A stretch of DNA of 61,210 nt, the filler included, from Nitrospinae bacterium RIFCSPLOWO2_12_FULL_45_22 (GTDB lineage: Bacteria > 2-12-FULL-45-22): the NCBI GenBank assembly GCA_001803565.1. It is 7 parts of 7 records of this genome, joined end to end, with 100 filler letters (N's around TTAATTAATTAA, not from the genome) between each part and the next. Parts side by side here need not be neighbours in the genome. Positions count along the whole stretch, not along the records: positions 23,220 to 37,824 come from MHDQ01000115.1; positions 37,925 to 44,563 come from MHDQ01000116.1; 5 more parts are not named here. One strand, given 5' to 3'. The notes under the pieces are model-generated. The model saw nothing but the letters and a program-made list of their open reading frames with translations, ran no database searches and was not told the origin of the DNA. The position numbers were made by a program, and so were the translations under genes. Shown here piece by piece: positions 30,631 to 42,661 of this stretch (position 1 is the stretch's first letter; every line of letters begins with the position of its first letter).

Positions 30631-31267
30631 TCAGATATCCAGATCATCTAGGGGACTCAACACGCCCCGCCCCCCTTGTTGCAGCACATGGGTATATATC
30701 ATGGTTGTAGCGACATCCTTGTGGCCAAGCAAGGCTTGTATTGTTCTAATGTCAGTGCCTCGTTGCAGGAGATGAGTGGCGAAACTGTGGCGGAAGGTGT
30801 GTGAGCTAATACGTTTAGTTAGGCCTGCCTTACCTACAGCCACCTTGATAGCCTTGTTGATAACACTGGGGTCAACATGATGTCGGCGTATTTTGCCGCT
30901 TCGGGGATCAGTAGCTAAATTACGGGCGGGAAATACGTACTGCCAACTCCATCTTAATCGCCCGTACAGCATTGATTTCTTCGCCTAGCTGCTTTTTGAA
31001 CACCTGTTTGTATAGGAAAACCAGGGCATTCATGGTCTGATTCTGCGTGGATGGTGACACATCCTTATCCACTGCTAGATGAGTCAGGAAAGATTCGATC
31101 TTAGCCTCACCATTCATTAACTCCTCTCGGCATGTCATCCGATGATACTTTATATACCGCTTAATCCAGTCACAGTATATTCGTTCCGTATGGATCGAGT
31201 AGTGATGTAGCCGCATCACATCCCGTACTTCGTCTAACAGTTTCCTCTTCTTTTTGGGTATTGACAT
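30631..31267 (-). pseudogene. intI: Integron integrase with internal deletion and frameshift
   Basis: N-terminal HYSIHTERIYCDWIKRY...FLTHLAV...STQNQ joined near 30955 to WQYVFPA...[11 protein letters not shown]...[12 protein letters not shown]...LLGH...TTMIYTHV. The IntI-specific patch is present but the box I LLYGxGLR region is absent. Confidence 0.92.
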
Positions 31268-31319
31268 ATTTTTTTCGCCTTGATATATAATGGTATGAAA
31301 GTGGTATGATAATGGCCTA

Positions 31320-31392
31320 GATAAAATTTGCCTGAAAAGAGACCTAATATCATTATATCAAGGCAAATTTTCTTGTCAATCAATGGTTAGGC
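31320..31392 (+). mobile_element. attI region
   Basis: Divergent from intI; core GTTAGGC at 31386-31392; inverted repeat AAAATTTGCC...GGCAAATTTT upstream. Confidence 0.7.
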
Positions 31393-31410
31393 TGGTCAAT
31401 AGGACAAGCG

Positions 31411-31857
31411 ATGGAGTCAGCCAGACGCAAAAACGCAGGGGAGTGGGAGATCATGGATTACGAGATCTGGATGTTCCGGGCTCTCAGAAACCGGAAACTG
31501 CCTGTAGAAATGGCAGGACGACCAGAATGGCAATACCTACGGAATGCCCTGACGGAGGCCATTGTCCTTCACACTCGAATTCTTGTGGAAATACTTCTTT
31601 CAAGAGGTGGAAGACCAGACGACATCCAGCTCAAGCGTCTACTGCCATCATTCGCGTCAGACCATCTTCTGAGGCTCAAAACGGAATACGGGACAAGATC
31701 GGAGAAGAACTCCCCCTGCTGGAGATTCAACAAGCTCTTGGCACACGCAACGACCGAAAGATCCACCTGCCACGACTACAGCGATGCCATCAGGCAGCTG
31801 GACCCGATCATCGAACAGATTTTGGCAGAGGTGGCATCGGTTCGCCCGATTCCGTGA
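31411..31857 (+). CDS. Cassette 1: hypothetical all-alpha protein, possibly HEPN-like
   Basis: Between attI and the first attC; motifs NALTEAIVLHTRILVEIL and NKLLAHATTER. Confidence 0.7.
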   Translation: MESARRKNAGEWEIMDYEIWMFRALRNRKLPVEMAGRPEWQYLRNALTEAIVLHTRILVEILLSRGGRPDDIQLKRLLPSFASDHLLRLKTEYGTRSEKNSPCWRFNKLLAHATTERSTCHDYSDAIRQLDPIIEQILAEVASVRPIP

Positions 31858-31866
31858 GACACAACA

Positions 31867-31961
31867 CCCTAACAACCACCTCAAGCTGACGGCTCGCCTG
31901 TCACAGCCCCTGCATCCGCAAGGCCTGCGCCAGGCGCCCGCAGCTTACGTGCACGTTATGC
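31867..31961 (+). mobile_element. attC site 1
   Basis: CCCTAAC-AACCACCTCAAGCTGACGG...CCGCAGCTTACGTGCAC-GTTATGC. Confidence 0.88.
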
Positions 31962-32054
31962 CACCAAAAGCCCTATCGCATTACAAGAACGTATTGTCCG
32001 AAAAAAAACTACCACTATGTTGAAAAGTGTATCACTGGGTGTTATAGTTTAAGC

Positions 32055-32423
32055 ATGAAAGAGTTAATGACAAAACATTTTTCAAAATGGGCATCCAAAC
32101 AGAAAATTCCAAATAATGAACTTGCCGTTGCCTTGGCAGAAGTTAAGGCCGGGAATTTCGAGGCAAACCTTGGTGGTCACATTTACAAAAAGAGAATCTG
32201 TTTTGAAGGGCAAGGCAAAAGTGGCGGTGGACGAACGATTATTTGCTACAAAAAAGATGATAGAGCCATTTTCATTCATGGCTTTGCCAAAAACGAAAAA
32301 TCGAATTTGTCTCAAAAGGAACTTAATGCCTTCAAAGAATTAGCAAAAATTTTGCTTAGACTGTCGTCAGAAGAAATAACAATAGCCATAGAAAATGGAG
32401 ATTTTATTGAGGTGAAATCATGA
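32055..32423 (+). CDS. Cassette 2: RelE/HigB-type toxin
   Basis: ANLGGHIYKKRI...GQGKSGGGRTI...FIHGFAKNEKSNL; own promoter TTGAAA...TATAGT upstream. Confidence 0.9.
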   Translation: MKELMTKHFSKWASKQKIPNNELAVALAEVKAGNFEANLGGHIYKKRICFEGQGKSGGGRTIICYKKDDRAIFIHGFAKNEKSNLSQKELNAFKELAKILLRLSSEEITIAIENGDFIEVKS

Positions 32424-32725
32424 GAGAATCCATTGCAAAATCAATCACAAGCACAGTCAAAGACTTAAATAAAAGTGGATTGGTAGATGATATCACTATG
32501 AAAAATATTGAAAATCTCTGCCTTCCAGAGATACATGAATATAGTCCGGAAAAAATTGTTTCCATAAGAAAAAAATTCAGACTGAGCCAAGCCGCTTTAG
32601 CCAGCATTTTTAATATTAGTCCTTCAACCGTTCAAAAATGGGAACAGGGCAACAAAAAACCTACAGGTGCTTCAAAGAAATTATTAGATATTATGGAAAG
32701 AAAAGGCCTGGAAGCACTCATCTAA
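32420..32725 (+). CDS. Cassette 2: HigA-type XRE-HTH antitoxin
   Basis: IRKKFRLSQAALA...STVQKWEQGNKKPTGASKKLL; ATGA overlap with the toxin. Confidence 0.9.
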   Translation: MRESIAKSITSTVKDLNKSGLVDDITMKNIENLCLPEIHEYSPEKIVSIRKKFRLSQAALASIFNISPSTVQKWEQGNKKPTGASKKLLDIMERKGLEALI

Positions 32726-32731
32726 AAAATA

Positions 32732-32820
32732 GCATAACAAATCAGTGGAGCGGACAGCGAGTAGCTCGGGGCCTTGCCGGGCATGCTCTTTGGCGCTGCC
32801 GCTCACTTCTGTCGATATGC
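32732..32820 (+). mobile_element. attC site 2 (R' core mutated GTT>GAT)
   Basis: GCATAAC-AAATCAGTGGAGCGGACAGCG...CGCTGCCGCTCACTTCTGTC-GATATGC. Confidence 0.85.
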
Positions 32821-32861
32821 CGCTTAACTCGACGAAAGGATTACGGAACAAAGGAGAATAG

Positions 32862-34446
32862 ATGTCATTCAGCACGAAACTAATATACCTGCTCAAAAGC
32901 GACCCGCGCTTTGTGGACGATGAAGGTGAACTCGTCCTTGCCGCTGTGCAAGACCGCGCGTGGAAAATTAACCGCGACCTTGTGACGTTGCTCCTTTCAG
33001 ATAAAGAAATTAAGGCCAAGTTCTTCGATGAAATCGAAGGGCATTGGATTTTAAACCTCAACACTTTTATTGACTATATCGCTCAAAAGAATTTTCTGGA
33101 TAACTCCTATACCCGCTTTCGCAATCGCATCGGGCTGACGATTGGCGGCAAATACCTGCGCGAGCGCGGCGAAGTGGCGCTGGTCTGGCCCTACAAGGAC
33201 TGCGTGCTGGAAGGCGGGCAGATGAAGGAAGAAGAAAAGCGCAAGGAGATTTTTTTCAACGAAGTGCTGGCGCAGGATGAGATCAACCGCCTGCTCGACC
33301 CGAAAGTGTTGACTAACCTTGTACGCTACAAGGCAAAGGGCAAAGAGAAGGTAAAGGACTTCAAGCGCGATGAAAACGGCGTCATCCGCGAAAACCTGAT
33401 TATCAAAGGCAAGAACAGAACTATGTATACGTGATGAATGCTATGGATAAGGGAAAATATATTAAGGAAATAAATGGTGGGAAAACTGGAAGCATTAAAG
33501 TTTTTACACATACAAAATTTGATTGTCATAAGCTTGACCGCAAGGACAGAATAGAAAATAATTACAAAAAATCATTTGATAAAATTTTTATTTTAGATTG
33601 ACGAATCCACAAGGAGGCTTAATGAAACGAATCATCCCGCAGCTTCCTAAAGGATTTGTATCTATTGAATACACTCCAACAAAGGGTCGGAATAAAGGTC
33701 AGATTTATCGTGCTTACTTTATAGATCAATCACTTGTTGTTTGGTTCAGAGATTCAGCAAAGATGGAAAACGGCACATTAATAAAACTTATCAAGATGTC
33801 AAATCTCTGGATTGACAATTTATTCCAAGGTATCGCTAAAGAAGGTTCTGTCGAACTAAAAGCTGGCAAAAAACCTGAGGCGTTATTGCAAAAAATTATA
33901 GAAATAGGATCAAAACCAGGTGACCTTATTTTTGATTATCACGTAGGGAGTGGAACTACATGTGCAGTGGCTCATAAATTGGGACGCAGATATGTTGGTA
34001 TTGAACAACTCGATTACGGGAAGAACAATTGCGTTGTGCGGCTTCAGAACGTTATAAATGGTGACCAAACAGGTATTTCCAAATCCGTCAACTGGCAGGG
34101 CGGCGGAGATTTCATCTACTGTGAACTGATGAAATACAACGAAGCCTTCATGGAGCGCATTCAAGCCGCCAAGACTAGCAAAGAACTCCTAAAAATCTGG
34201 CGCGAAATGGCGGAAGGTTCATTCTTGAATTGGTATGTCAACCCCGCAATGCCCGAAGAAGCGGTCAAGGATTTTGAAGAACTCGGCAAGGACGAGAACG
34301 GGCTTGAAAAGCAAAAACGCCTGCTGGCGGAACTGCTGGATAAAAACCAGTTGTACGTGAATCTCTCCGAGATAGACGACTCGCAATTCAACGTCAGCAA
34401 AGAAGATAAGGCGTTGAACAAGGCGTTTTATGGAGACAACCGATGA
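32862..34446 (+). pseudogene. mod: Type III R-M methyltransferase Mod, disrupted
   Basis: N-terminal LVWPYKDCVLEGG...ENLIIKG breaks at about 33410, before the DPPY motif, which is absent; second frameshift near 33585; C-terminal KKPEALLQKII, DYHVGSGTT, WQGGGDFIYCEL. Confidence 0.85.
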
Positions 34447-34856
34447 GCGACCAGGACATCCGTTGGATACAGCGATACAATCATTATACTCAGGCGCTTG
34501 CTCAATTGACAAAATTCATCGAAAAAGGTGAATTGAATGAGCTGGAAAAACAAGGGTTGATTCAGGCGTTTGAATATTCCTACGAATTGGCCTGGAACAC
34601 TATCAAAGATTATTTCGAAGCCCAGGGCGAAACCGACATCCACGGCAGTCGCGACGCCTTTCGTTTGGCATTCAGACGAGGGCTGATTGAGGACGGCAAA
34701 ACATGGATGGATATGATTAAGAGCCGCACTTTGACATCTCACACTTATAATGAAGACCTCGCCGAAGAGATTTCCACCGCAATCGTCAACAGGTATTTTT
34801 CAGAGTTTGTTGCGCTGCGGACTAAATTGCAAAATCTTAAGGATAAGAACTATTGA
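34443..34856 (+). CDS. Nucleotidyltransferase substrate-binding (HI0074-like HEPN) protein
   Basis: DIRWIQR, GLIQAFEYSYELAW, WMDMIKSRTLTSHTY (R-x4-H). Confidence 0.92.
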   Translation: MSDQDIRWIQRYNHYTQALAQLTKFIEKGELNELEKQGLIQAFEYSYELAWNTIKDYFEAQGETDIHGSRDAFRLAFRRGLIEDGKTWMDMIKSRTLTSHTYNEDLAEEISTAIVNRYFSEFVALRTKLQNLKDKNY

Positions 34857-35188
34857 TGCGCCGTTTCGGGCTTGAAGAAAACGATATACAGGCCATTTGC
34901 TCCGTATTTGCCCGCCATCCGCAGGTGGATCAAGCGATCCTGTACGGCTCGCGCGCCAAAGGGGATTACAAAAACGGGTCGGATATTGACTTGACCCTGC
35001 TGGGCAGCGAAGACCTGACGCTAAAGGCGCTTTATCGCATCATGGACGACATCGACGATCTGCTTCTGCCCTACACGTTCGACCTGTCCATCTTTCAACA
35101 CATCAGCGACCCCGATGTGATTGACCACATCCGGCGCGTCGGCGTTGTGTTCTACGAGAAGGGCGAGGTCGTCCCTGAGCCGGCGTAA
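34856..35188 (+). CDS. Minimal nucleotidyltransferase (MNT)
   Basis: ILYGSRAKGDYKNGSDIDL, LLPYTFDL. Confidence 0.92.
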   Translation: MRRFGLEENDIQAICSVFARHPQVDQAILYGSRAKGDYKNGSDIDLTLLGSEDLTLKALYRIMDDIDDLLLPYTFDLSIFQHISDPDVIDHIRRVGVVFYEKGEVVPEPA

Positions 35189-35199
35189 TAGGAAAAAAC

Positions 35200-37764
35200 A
35201 TGCCTGAGCAATTTCTGTATGAACGTCTTGACGCGGCGTCCAGCATGGGCTTTCTCAAAAAGGAAGTCCCCGATAGCGTGGCGCAAAACCTGAACCCCAA
35301 ATACGAACTGCGCCCCTATCAGGTGGACGCGTTTGCGCGCTTTTTCCATTGCTATAAAAACGACTTTCCCAACAAAGCCTATCCCCTGCACTTGCTCTTC
35401 AACATGGCAACGGGGAGCGGCAAAACGCTCATCATGGCGGGGCTGATTCTCTATCTCTACGAGCAGGGCTGCCGCAATTTCCTGTTCTTCGTCAATTCTA
35501 CCAACATTATCGAAAAGACCAAAGACAACTTTCTCAACCCTGCCGGCATCAAGTACCTGTTCAATTCGGATATCAACATTGGCAACCGCCGCGTGCGCGT
35601 CACGCCAGTGGAGAACTTTGAAGCGGTCAATCCCGCCGACATCAACATCTGCTTCACCACGATTCAAAAACTCCACTCCGACCTGACCAGCGAAAAGGAA
35701 AACACCCTGACCTTTGAAGACTTTCACAAGCATCGCGTTGTCTTGATTGCCGATGAAGCCCATCACATGAACGTCAAGACCAAGGCGCAAGGCGAACTGT
35801 TCGAGAGTTGGGAAAACACCGTCGAGCGTATCTTTACGCAGAATGAACACAATCTCCTGCTGGAATTCACTGCCACGCACGATTACGCCACGCCCGCGAT
35901 GGTGGAAAAATACCGCAACAAGGTCATCATCCGCTACGACCTGCTCCAATTCCGCAACGACCGTTTTTCAAAGGATGTCGTCATCGTTCAATCGGATTTT
36001 GACCAGCGGGAGCGCCTCCTGCAAGCCTTGGTTCTCAGCCAGTATAAGCAACAAGTGGCGGCGAAATACCGCATCAACCTTAAGCCTGTGATTTTGTTCA
36101 AAGCCCAGCGCACCATCGCGCAGTCGCAGGAGAACAAAGCCGAATTTCACAAACTCATTGACGCTCTTACGGCAAAGCACATCGCCCGCATCCGCAAATC
36201 GAACATCCCGCTTGTTCAACGCGCATTTCGGTTCTTTGACGAACACCGCATCAGCGACGAGCAACTGGTGGAACGACTGAAGCGGGAATTTCACCCTGAT
36301 TTTTGCCTGTCGGTGAACGACGAGAAAGAAAAAGAGAACTATCAAATTCTCGTCAACACGCTGGAAGATAATACCAACCGTATTCGCGCCATCTTCGCCG
36401 TGCAGAAACTGAACGAAGGCTGGGACGTGCTGAACCTGTTCGATATTGTCCGCTGTTACGAAGCGCGCGACACGGGCAGAGCAAAAATCGGCACAACCAC
36501 GATATCCGAAGCGCAGCTTATCGGGCGCGGGGCGCGTTACTTCCCCTTTGTTCTGCCGTCCAGTAATGACCGTTTCCGCCGCAAATTTGACGGCGACCTG
36601 GAACACGAACTGCGCGTGCTGGAAGAACTGCATTACCACAGCATCAACGACTCGCGCTACATTGCCGAAATTCGTCAGGCGCTCATCGAACAGGGCATGA
36701 TGGACGAAGGCGAAGTGACCCGCGAACTGAAACTGAAAGAGTCGTTCAAGAAAACGCAATTTTACAAGTATGGGATTGTATGGCTCAACGAACGCCGTCC
36801 CAAAGATTATCAGCGCGTCCGCTCCTTTGCCGATTTAGGCGTGAAGAAGCGAAATTACACCCACTTCATCGCCACAGGTCACGGCGGCGCGACCGTCGCG
36901 CTGGAGAACGGGGAAAAAGGCTTGGTGGTGAAAGACGAAACCCGCCAGGACGTGAAGGTGCAGGACATCGAGCGCAACATTATTCAATCCGCCCTCGCAC
37001 GCAATCCGTTTTTCACCTTTGCAACGCTCAAACGCTATTTCCCCCATCTTCCATCCGTGCGCGACCTTATCGCATCGGACGATTATCTCGGCGGACTGGA
37101 AATCACCTTTCAGGGCAATGTGCAAGGGCTGGACGAAAACCGACTTGAAAAACTCGCCGCGATGTCAGGCTTGCTGAGTCAAATCGAATCAGAAATTCGC
37201 GCCAACGTCACCGACTACGAAGGCACGCGCGACTTCAGGCGCGATTGGGTGCGTGAAGTCTTCAAGGACAAAGTTTTGAAATTCGACCCTCAGAATCCGC
37301 GCGCCGCAGACGACGCACAGTTTGAGCATTTCGTTTCTGCCAAAGATTGGTTTGCCTTCAACACCGTTTATGGCACAAGCGAAGAAAAAGCCTTTGTGCG
37401 TATGCTGGACAGGCAAATGCAAAAACTACAAACGCAATACGAGCAAATCTATCTTCTGCGCAATGAAGGGCATTTTGCTATCTACAACTATGCCGATGGT
37501 CAAGCCTTTCAACCAGATTTTGTATTGTTCCTGCGCGAGAATAGCGGCGAATTGCTTATTTACCAGCTTTTCATCGAGCCGAAAGGGAGACACCTCAAAG
37601 AGCATGACCGCTGGAAAGAGACTTTTCTGAAAGAAATCACCAGCGAGTTTGGCGGTAGACCGCTGACGTTTGAAGACAAGAAATACCGCTTGATTGGCGT
37701 GCCGTTCTACAACAACGAAGACGAAAATCAATTCAGGACAAGCCTTGAGTCTGTGTTGAATTAG
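35200..37764 (+). CDS. res: Type III R-M restriction subunit Res
   Basis: MATGSGKT, DEAHH, FTAT, KLNEGWDV, QLIGRGAR, and nuclease motif FQPDF...IEPKG. Confidence 0.95.
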   Translation: MPEQFLYERLDAASSMGFLKKEVPDSVAQNLNPKYELRPYQVDAFARFFHCYKNDFPNKAYPLHLLFNMATGSGKTLIMAGLILYLYEQGCRNFLFFVNSTNIIEKTKDNFLNPAGIKYLFNSDINIGNRRVRVTPVENFEAVNPADINICFTTIQKLHSDLTSEKENTLTFEDFHKHRVVLIADEAHHMNVKTKAQGELFESWENTVERIFTQNEHNLLLEFTATHDYATPAMVEKYRNKVIIRYDLLQFRNDRFSKDVVIVQSDFDQRERLLQALVLSQYKQQVAAKYRINLKPVILFKAQRTIAQSQENKAEFHKLIDALTAKHIARIRKSNIPLVQRAFRFFDEHRISDEQLVERLKREFHPDFCLSVNDEKEKENYQILVNTLEDNTNRIRAIFAVQKLNEGWDVLNLFDIVRCYEARDTGRAKIGTTTISEAQLIGRGARYFPFVLPSSNDRFRRKFDGDLEHELRVLEELHYHSINDSRYIAEIRQALIEQGMMDEGEVTRELKLKESFKKTQFYKYGIVWLNERRPKDYQRVRSFADLGVKKRNYTHFIATGHGGATVALENGEKGLVVKDETRQDVKVQDIERNIIQSALARNPFFTFATLKRYFPHLPSVRDLIASDDYLGGLEITFQGNVQGLDENRLEKLAAMSGLLSQIESEIRANVTDYEGTRDFRRDWVREVFKDKVLKFDPQNPRAADDAQFEHFVSAKDWFAFNTVYGTSEEKAFVRMLDRQMQKLQTQYEQIYLLRNEGHFAIYNYADGQAFQPDFVLFLRENSGELLIYQLFIEPKGRHLKEHDRWKETFLKEITSEFGGRPLTFEDKKYRLIGVPFYNNEDENQFRTSLESVLN

Positions 37765-37813
37765 GCGAGACAAACGCAGTAAAGTTCATTGTGCAAATCT
37801 TGAAAGGCAAAAG

Positions 37814-37824
37814 GCGGCATAACA
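37814..37824 (+). mobile_element. Start (R'') of attC site 3, cut by contig end
   Basis: GCGGCATAACA, complementary to G(A)TATGCCGC at 32814-32823. Confidence 0.7.
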
Positions 37825-37924
37825 NNNNNNNNNNNNNNNNNNNNNNNNNNNNNNNNNNNNNNNNNNNNTTAATTAATTAANNNNNNNNNNNNNNNNNNNN
37901 NNNNNNNNNNNNNNNNNNNNNNNN
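37825..37924. other. Artificial contig linker
   Basis: N44-TTAATTAATTAA-N44. Confidence 0.99.
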
Positions 37925-38050
37925 CCGAAAAATGCAATTCTTTTTTAAAACTCAGGTCGGGCAAGCCTTTAGGCTGGCTTCGGCAAATATTTCCTGCAAG
38001 GCTGAAGCCTTGCCCTACAACTATTTGAGAACATATCCGCATTTTTCGGA
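37925..38050. repeat. Nested REP-like pair
   Basis: Outer CCGAAAAATGC...GCATTTTTCGG; inner GTCGGGCAAGCCTTTAGGCT...GCAAGGCTGAAGCCTTGCCCTAC. Confidence 0.6.
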
Positions 38051-38058
38051 TTTAGCAA

Positions 38059-39676
<1,618 letters not shown>

Positions 39677-39708
39677 GATTGCACATCCCTCATTTCAGTT
39701 AAATTAGT

Positions 39709-39845
39709 TACCACGCAAAGGTAATTTGGGTCATTAGGTTACAAGGTTATTGGGTTATTGAGTTATTAGGTAATTAAATCACCTAATGACCCAATAACCT
39801 AATTACCTTTTATCCTCTCTTCGCGCCCTTTGTGGCTTTGTGGTT
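39709..39845. repeat. Inverted 8-mer array (GGTTATTA/GGTCATTA family) nested in a CCAC..AAAG / CTTTGTGG element
   Basis: GGGTCATTAGGTTACAAGGTTATTGGGTTATTGAGTTATTAGGTAATT ... ACCTAATGACCCAATAACCTAATTACC. Confidence 0.8.
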
Positions 39846-39868
39846 CCTATCAAAATATTGCTTAAGGG

Positions 39869-41152
39869 TTACTTTAGGGTTTTTAGGGCCTTATAGTTGC
39901 TGGTAATAGTCTTTTCTATATCTCCTTCAGAATGGGCTAAGGACAAGAAACCAGTCTCGAATTGAGAAGGGGCCAGATAAATCCCCTGCGTGAGCATATG
40001 CTGAAAATATTGGGCATATTGTCCCGTATCGCATCCCTTCACCTGTTGATAATTAAAGAGGGGGCCAGGCTGGAAGAAGGTACAGAACATGGAGCCGATG
40101 CGGGTTAGATAAAGGGAGCTACCGGTTTCCTGAATGTTTTTCTCTATACCAGCACATAAACGCTGGCCTTTTTTCTCCAGCTCTTCATAAATTCCTTTTT
40201 GGGCTAATATCTTCAGGGTTTGTATCCCGGCAGCCATAGCTAAGGGGTTACCGGAAAGGGTACCAGCCTGATAAACCGGGCCTGTAGGGGCTATTAGCTC
40301 CATTATTTCTTTCTTCCCACCATAAGCCCCAACCGGTAGTCCACCGCCAATAATCTTACCCAGACAGGTCAGATCAGGAGAGAGACCATAGAGTTGCTGG
40401 GCACCGCCATAGGCCACCCGAAAGCCCGTAATGACTTCATCAAAGATCAGTACCATGCTATATTTGGCGGTCAAGGAGCGTAAGCCCGCCAAAAAGCCCT
40501 CTACCGGCGGTATGAGCCCCATATTGCCGGCTATGGGCTCCACAATAACACAGGCTATCCCCTCCCCTTCCCGCTCCAATAGCCGCTCTACCTCCTCTAA
40601 GTCATTATATGGTAGAGTCAGGGTAAGCTTTGCCAGGTCATGGGGTACACCAGGGCTATCGGGTATACCGAGCGTAGTAGCACCAGAACCGGCTTTTACT
40701 AACAGGCTGTCGGCATGACCATGATAGCAGCCCTCAAATTTTATTATCTTGCTCCGGCCCGTATAAGCCCGTGCCAGGCGGATAGCGCTCATCACTGCCT
40801 CAGTGCCAGAATTGACCAGACGCACCAGTTCTATAGAGGGGACAGCACGGACTATCATACTGGCCAGATCTATCTCCAGCTCTGTAGGGGCACCGTAACT
40901 GGTGCCATGCTCGATGGTCTCTTTGAGGGCCTGGACAATTGAGGGGTGGCTATGTCCCAGGATAAGGGGTCCCCAGGAACAGACATAGTCAACATATTCC
41001 CGCCCATCCACATCAAATATCCTGGACCCCTCGGCCCCTTTAATAAAGAGCGGTCTGCCCCCTACGGCCTTGAAGGCCCGTACTGGGCTATTCACACCAC
41101 CAACGATATATTTTTGGGCTTCAGCGAATAATGCCTGCGAGCGATCTGTCAT
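39869..41152 (-). CDS. hemL: Glutamate-1-semialdehyde 2,1-aminomutase
   Basis: [60 protein letters not shown]. Confidence 0.98.
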   Translation of the reverse strand: MTDRSQALFAEAQKYIVGGVNSPVRAFKAVGGRPLFIKGAEGSRIFDVDGREYVDYVCSWGPLILGHSHPSIVQALKETIEHGTSYGAPTELEIDLASMIVRAVPSIELVRLVNSGTEAVMSAIRLARAYTGRSKIIKFEGCYHGHADSLLVKAGSGATTLGIPDSPGVPHDLAKLTLTLPYNDLEEVERLLEREGEGIACVIVEPIAGNMGLIPPVEGFLAGLRSLTAKYSMVLIFDEVITGFRVAYGGAQQLYGLSPDLTCLGKIIGGGLPVGAYGGKKEIMELIAPTGPVYQAGTLSGNPLAMAAGIQTLKILAQKGIYEELEKKGQRLCAGIEKNIQETGSSLYLTRIGSMFCTFFQPGPLFNYQQVKGCDTGQYAQYFQHMLTQGIYLAPSQFETGFLSLAHSEGDIEKTITSNYKALKTLK

Positions 41153-41156
41153 AGGG

Positions 41157-42029
41157 CTAGCCCTTCTTGGTCATATATTTAGCAATTATTAAATCTAAGT
41201 CCCGTTTTGCCTGAGCAGAGATATATTCCGGTGGCGTAAGGATAGCGTCTTTTAAGGCCGTGGCACAGATACAATCCCTCGTTTCCGAAATCTTTTTTAC
41301 TGCCCCCTGAATAATCTGCTGGGCCAACTGGGTATTTTTATTCATGATGGCAATAACGGCATCAATAGTAACATCCTCTTCGTGCTCATGCCAACAGTCA
41401 TAGTCAGTTACTAAGGCCATGGTCGCATAGCATATCTCGGCCTCACGGGCCAGTTTAGCCTCGGGTATATTGGTCATACCAATGACATCTACTCCCCAGA
41501 TACGGTATATATTGGATTCAGCCCGGGTAGAGAACTGGGGTCCTTCCATACAAATATAAGTACCACCCATATGGACACTGGCCCCTTGCTCTTTACCGGC
41601 AGCGAAGAGGATAGAGCTTAACCTGGAACATACCGGATCAGCAAAGGCTACATGAGCTACAATACCATTGCCAAAAAAGGTACTTATCCGCTTGCTGGTG
41701 CGGTCAAAGAATTGATTAGGGATAAGGATATCGCCCGGGCGGATATTTTCCCGCATACTCCCCACTGCACTGACCGAGATGATCCATTCTATCCCCAGTT
41801 TTTTCATACCATAAATATTAGCCCGGTAGTTAAGCTCGGAGGGCAATAGCCTATGACCCCTACCATGCCGGGGTAAGAAGGCCATCGGAACCCCTGCTAA
41901 AGTGCCCAGGATATAGGCATCCGAGGGCTCGCCAAAAGGGGTATCAACCCTTACCTCCCGCACCTCTTCTAATCCTTTTATTTCATAAAGACCACTACCG
42001 CCAATAACTCCTACCCTCTTTCCTGGCAT
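41157..42029 (-). CDS. mtnP: S-methyl-5'-thioadenosine phosphorylase
   Basis: [50 protein letters not shown]. Confidence 0.95.
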   Translation of the reverse strand: MPGKRVGVIGGSGLYEIKGLEEVREVRVDTPFGEPSDAYILGTLAGVPMAFLPRHGRGHRLLPSELNYRANIYGMKKLGIEWIISVSAVGSMRENIRPGDILIPNQFFDRTSKRISTFFGNGIVAHVAFADPVCSRLSSILFAAGKEQGASVHMGGTYICMEGPQFSTRAESNIYRIWGVDVIGMTNIPEAKLAREAEICYATMALVTDYDCWHEHEEDVTIDAVIAIMNKNTQLAQQIIQGAVKKISETRDCICATALKDAILTPPEYISAQAKRDLDLIIAKYMTKKG

Positions 42030-42044
42030 CTAACACCTCCTTAT

Positions 42045-42133
42045 TATTGGGTAATTAGGTCATTAGGTAATTACGTTATTATTAGGTGATTCTCCACAAC
42101 TAATGACCCAATGACCTAATAACCTAATGACTT
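42045..42133. repeat. Inverted 8-mer array, empty (same family as 39720-39810)
   Basis: GGGTAATTAGGTCATTAGGTAATT ... CTAATGACCCAATGACCTAATAACCTAATGAC. Confidence 0.8.
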
Positions 42134-42139
42134 AAACTG

Positions 42140-42610
42140 TCAAGTTGTTAGCTGAGATATTAAGGCTATCTCATCACATTCGGGAAATTTGAAGCACCTG
42201 ATACAATCACCCCAAACCTTTTGGGGCAATTGGATTTTGTCTATACGCTGAAATCCTAATCGTTCAAAAAAACCGGGGCGGTATGTCAGAGTATAGACCC
42301 GGTTTATCCCCAGTTGCTGGGCTTCTTCCAGACATTTTTTTACCAGTTGGGTCCCATAACCCTGACCGTTGCATTCTTCCTTAACTGCCAGGGCCCTTAT
42401 CTCTGCCAGGTCTTCCCAGTTAATATGGAGGGCACAGACTCCCACTACCTCTTCCTCTAAGTCATACACAGAAAAATCTCTTAAGTCCTCATATATCTCA
42501 TTAAGGGATCGGGCCAATAATTCCCCTTTCTGGGCATAATAGTTTATAAGGGATTGTATCGGCTTAACGTCCCTGATCCTAGCCTTCCTGATCACTCTCT
42601 TTTTCTCCAT
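42140..42610 (-). CDS. GNAT N-acetyltransferase (short ArgA-like)
   Basis: LARSLNEIYE, WEDLAEIRALAV, QGYGTQLV, LPQKVWGDCIRCFKFPECDE. Confidence 0.9.
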   Translation of the reverse strand: MEKKRVIRKARIRDVKPIQSLINYYAQKGELLARSLNEIYEDLRDFSVYDLEEEVVGVCALHINWEDLAEIRALAVKEECNGQGYGTQLVKKCLEEAQQLGINRVYTLTYRPGFFERLGFQRIDKIQLPQKVWGDCIRCFKFPECDEIALISQLTT

Positions 42611-42661
42611 TGGGGCATTCTGCCCTTGACTATAAACCCAAAACCCGATAATCTGTTAAGT

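Noticed and set aside
35152-37773. Long antisense ORFs opposite res (265 aa, 263 aa and others)
   Set aside because: Shadow ORFs from GC-rich codon bias; no recognisable motifs.
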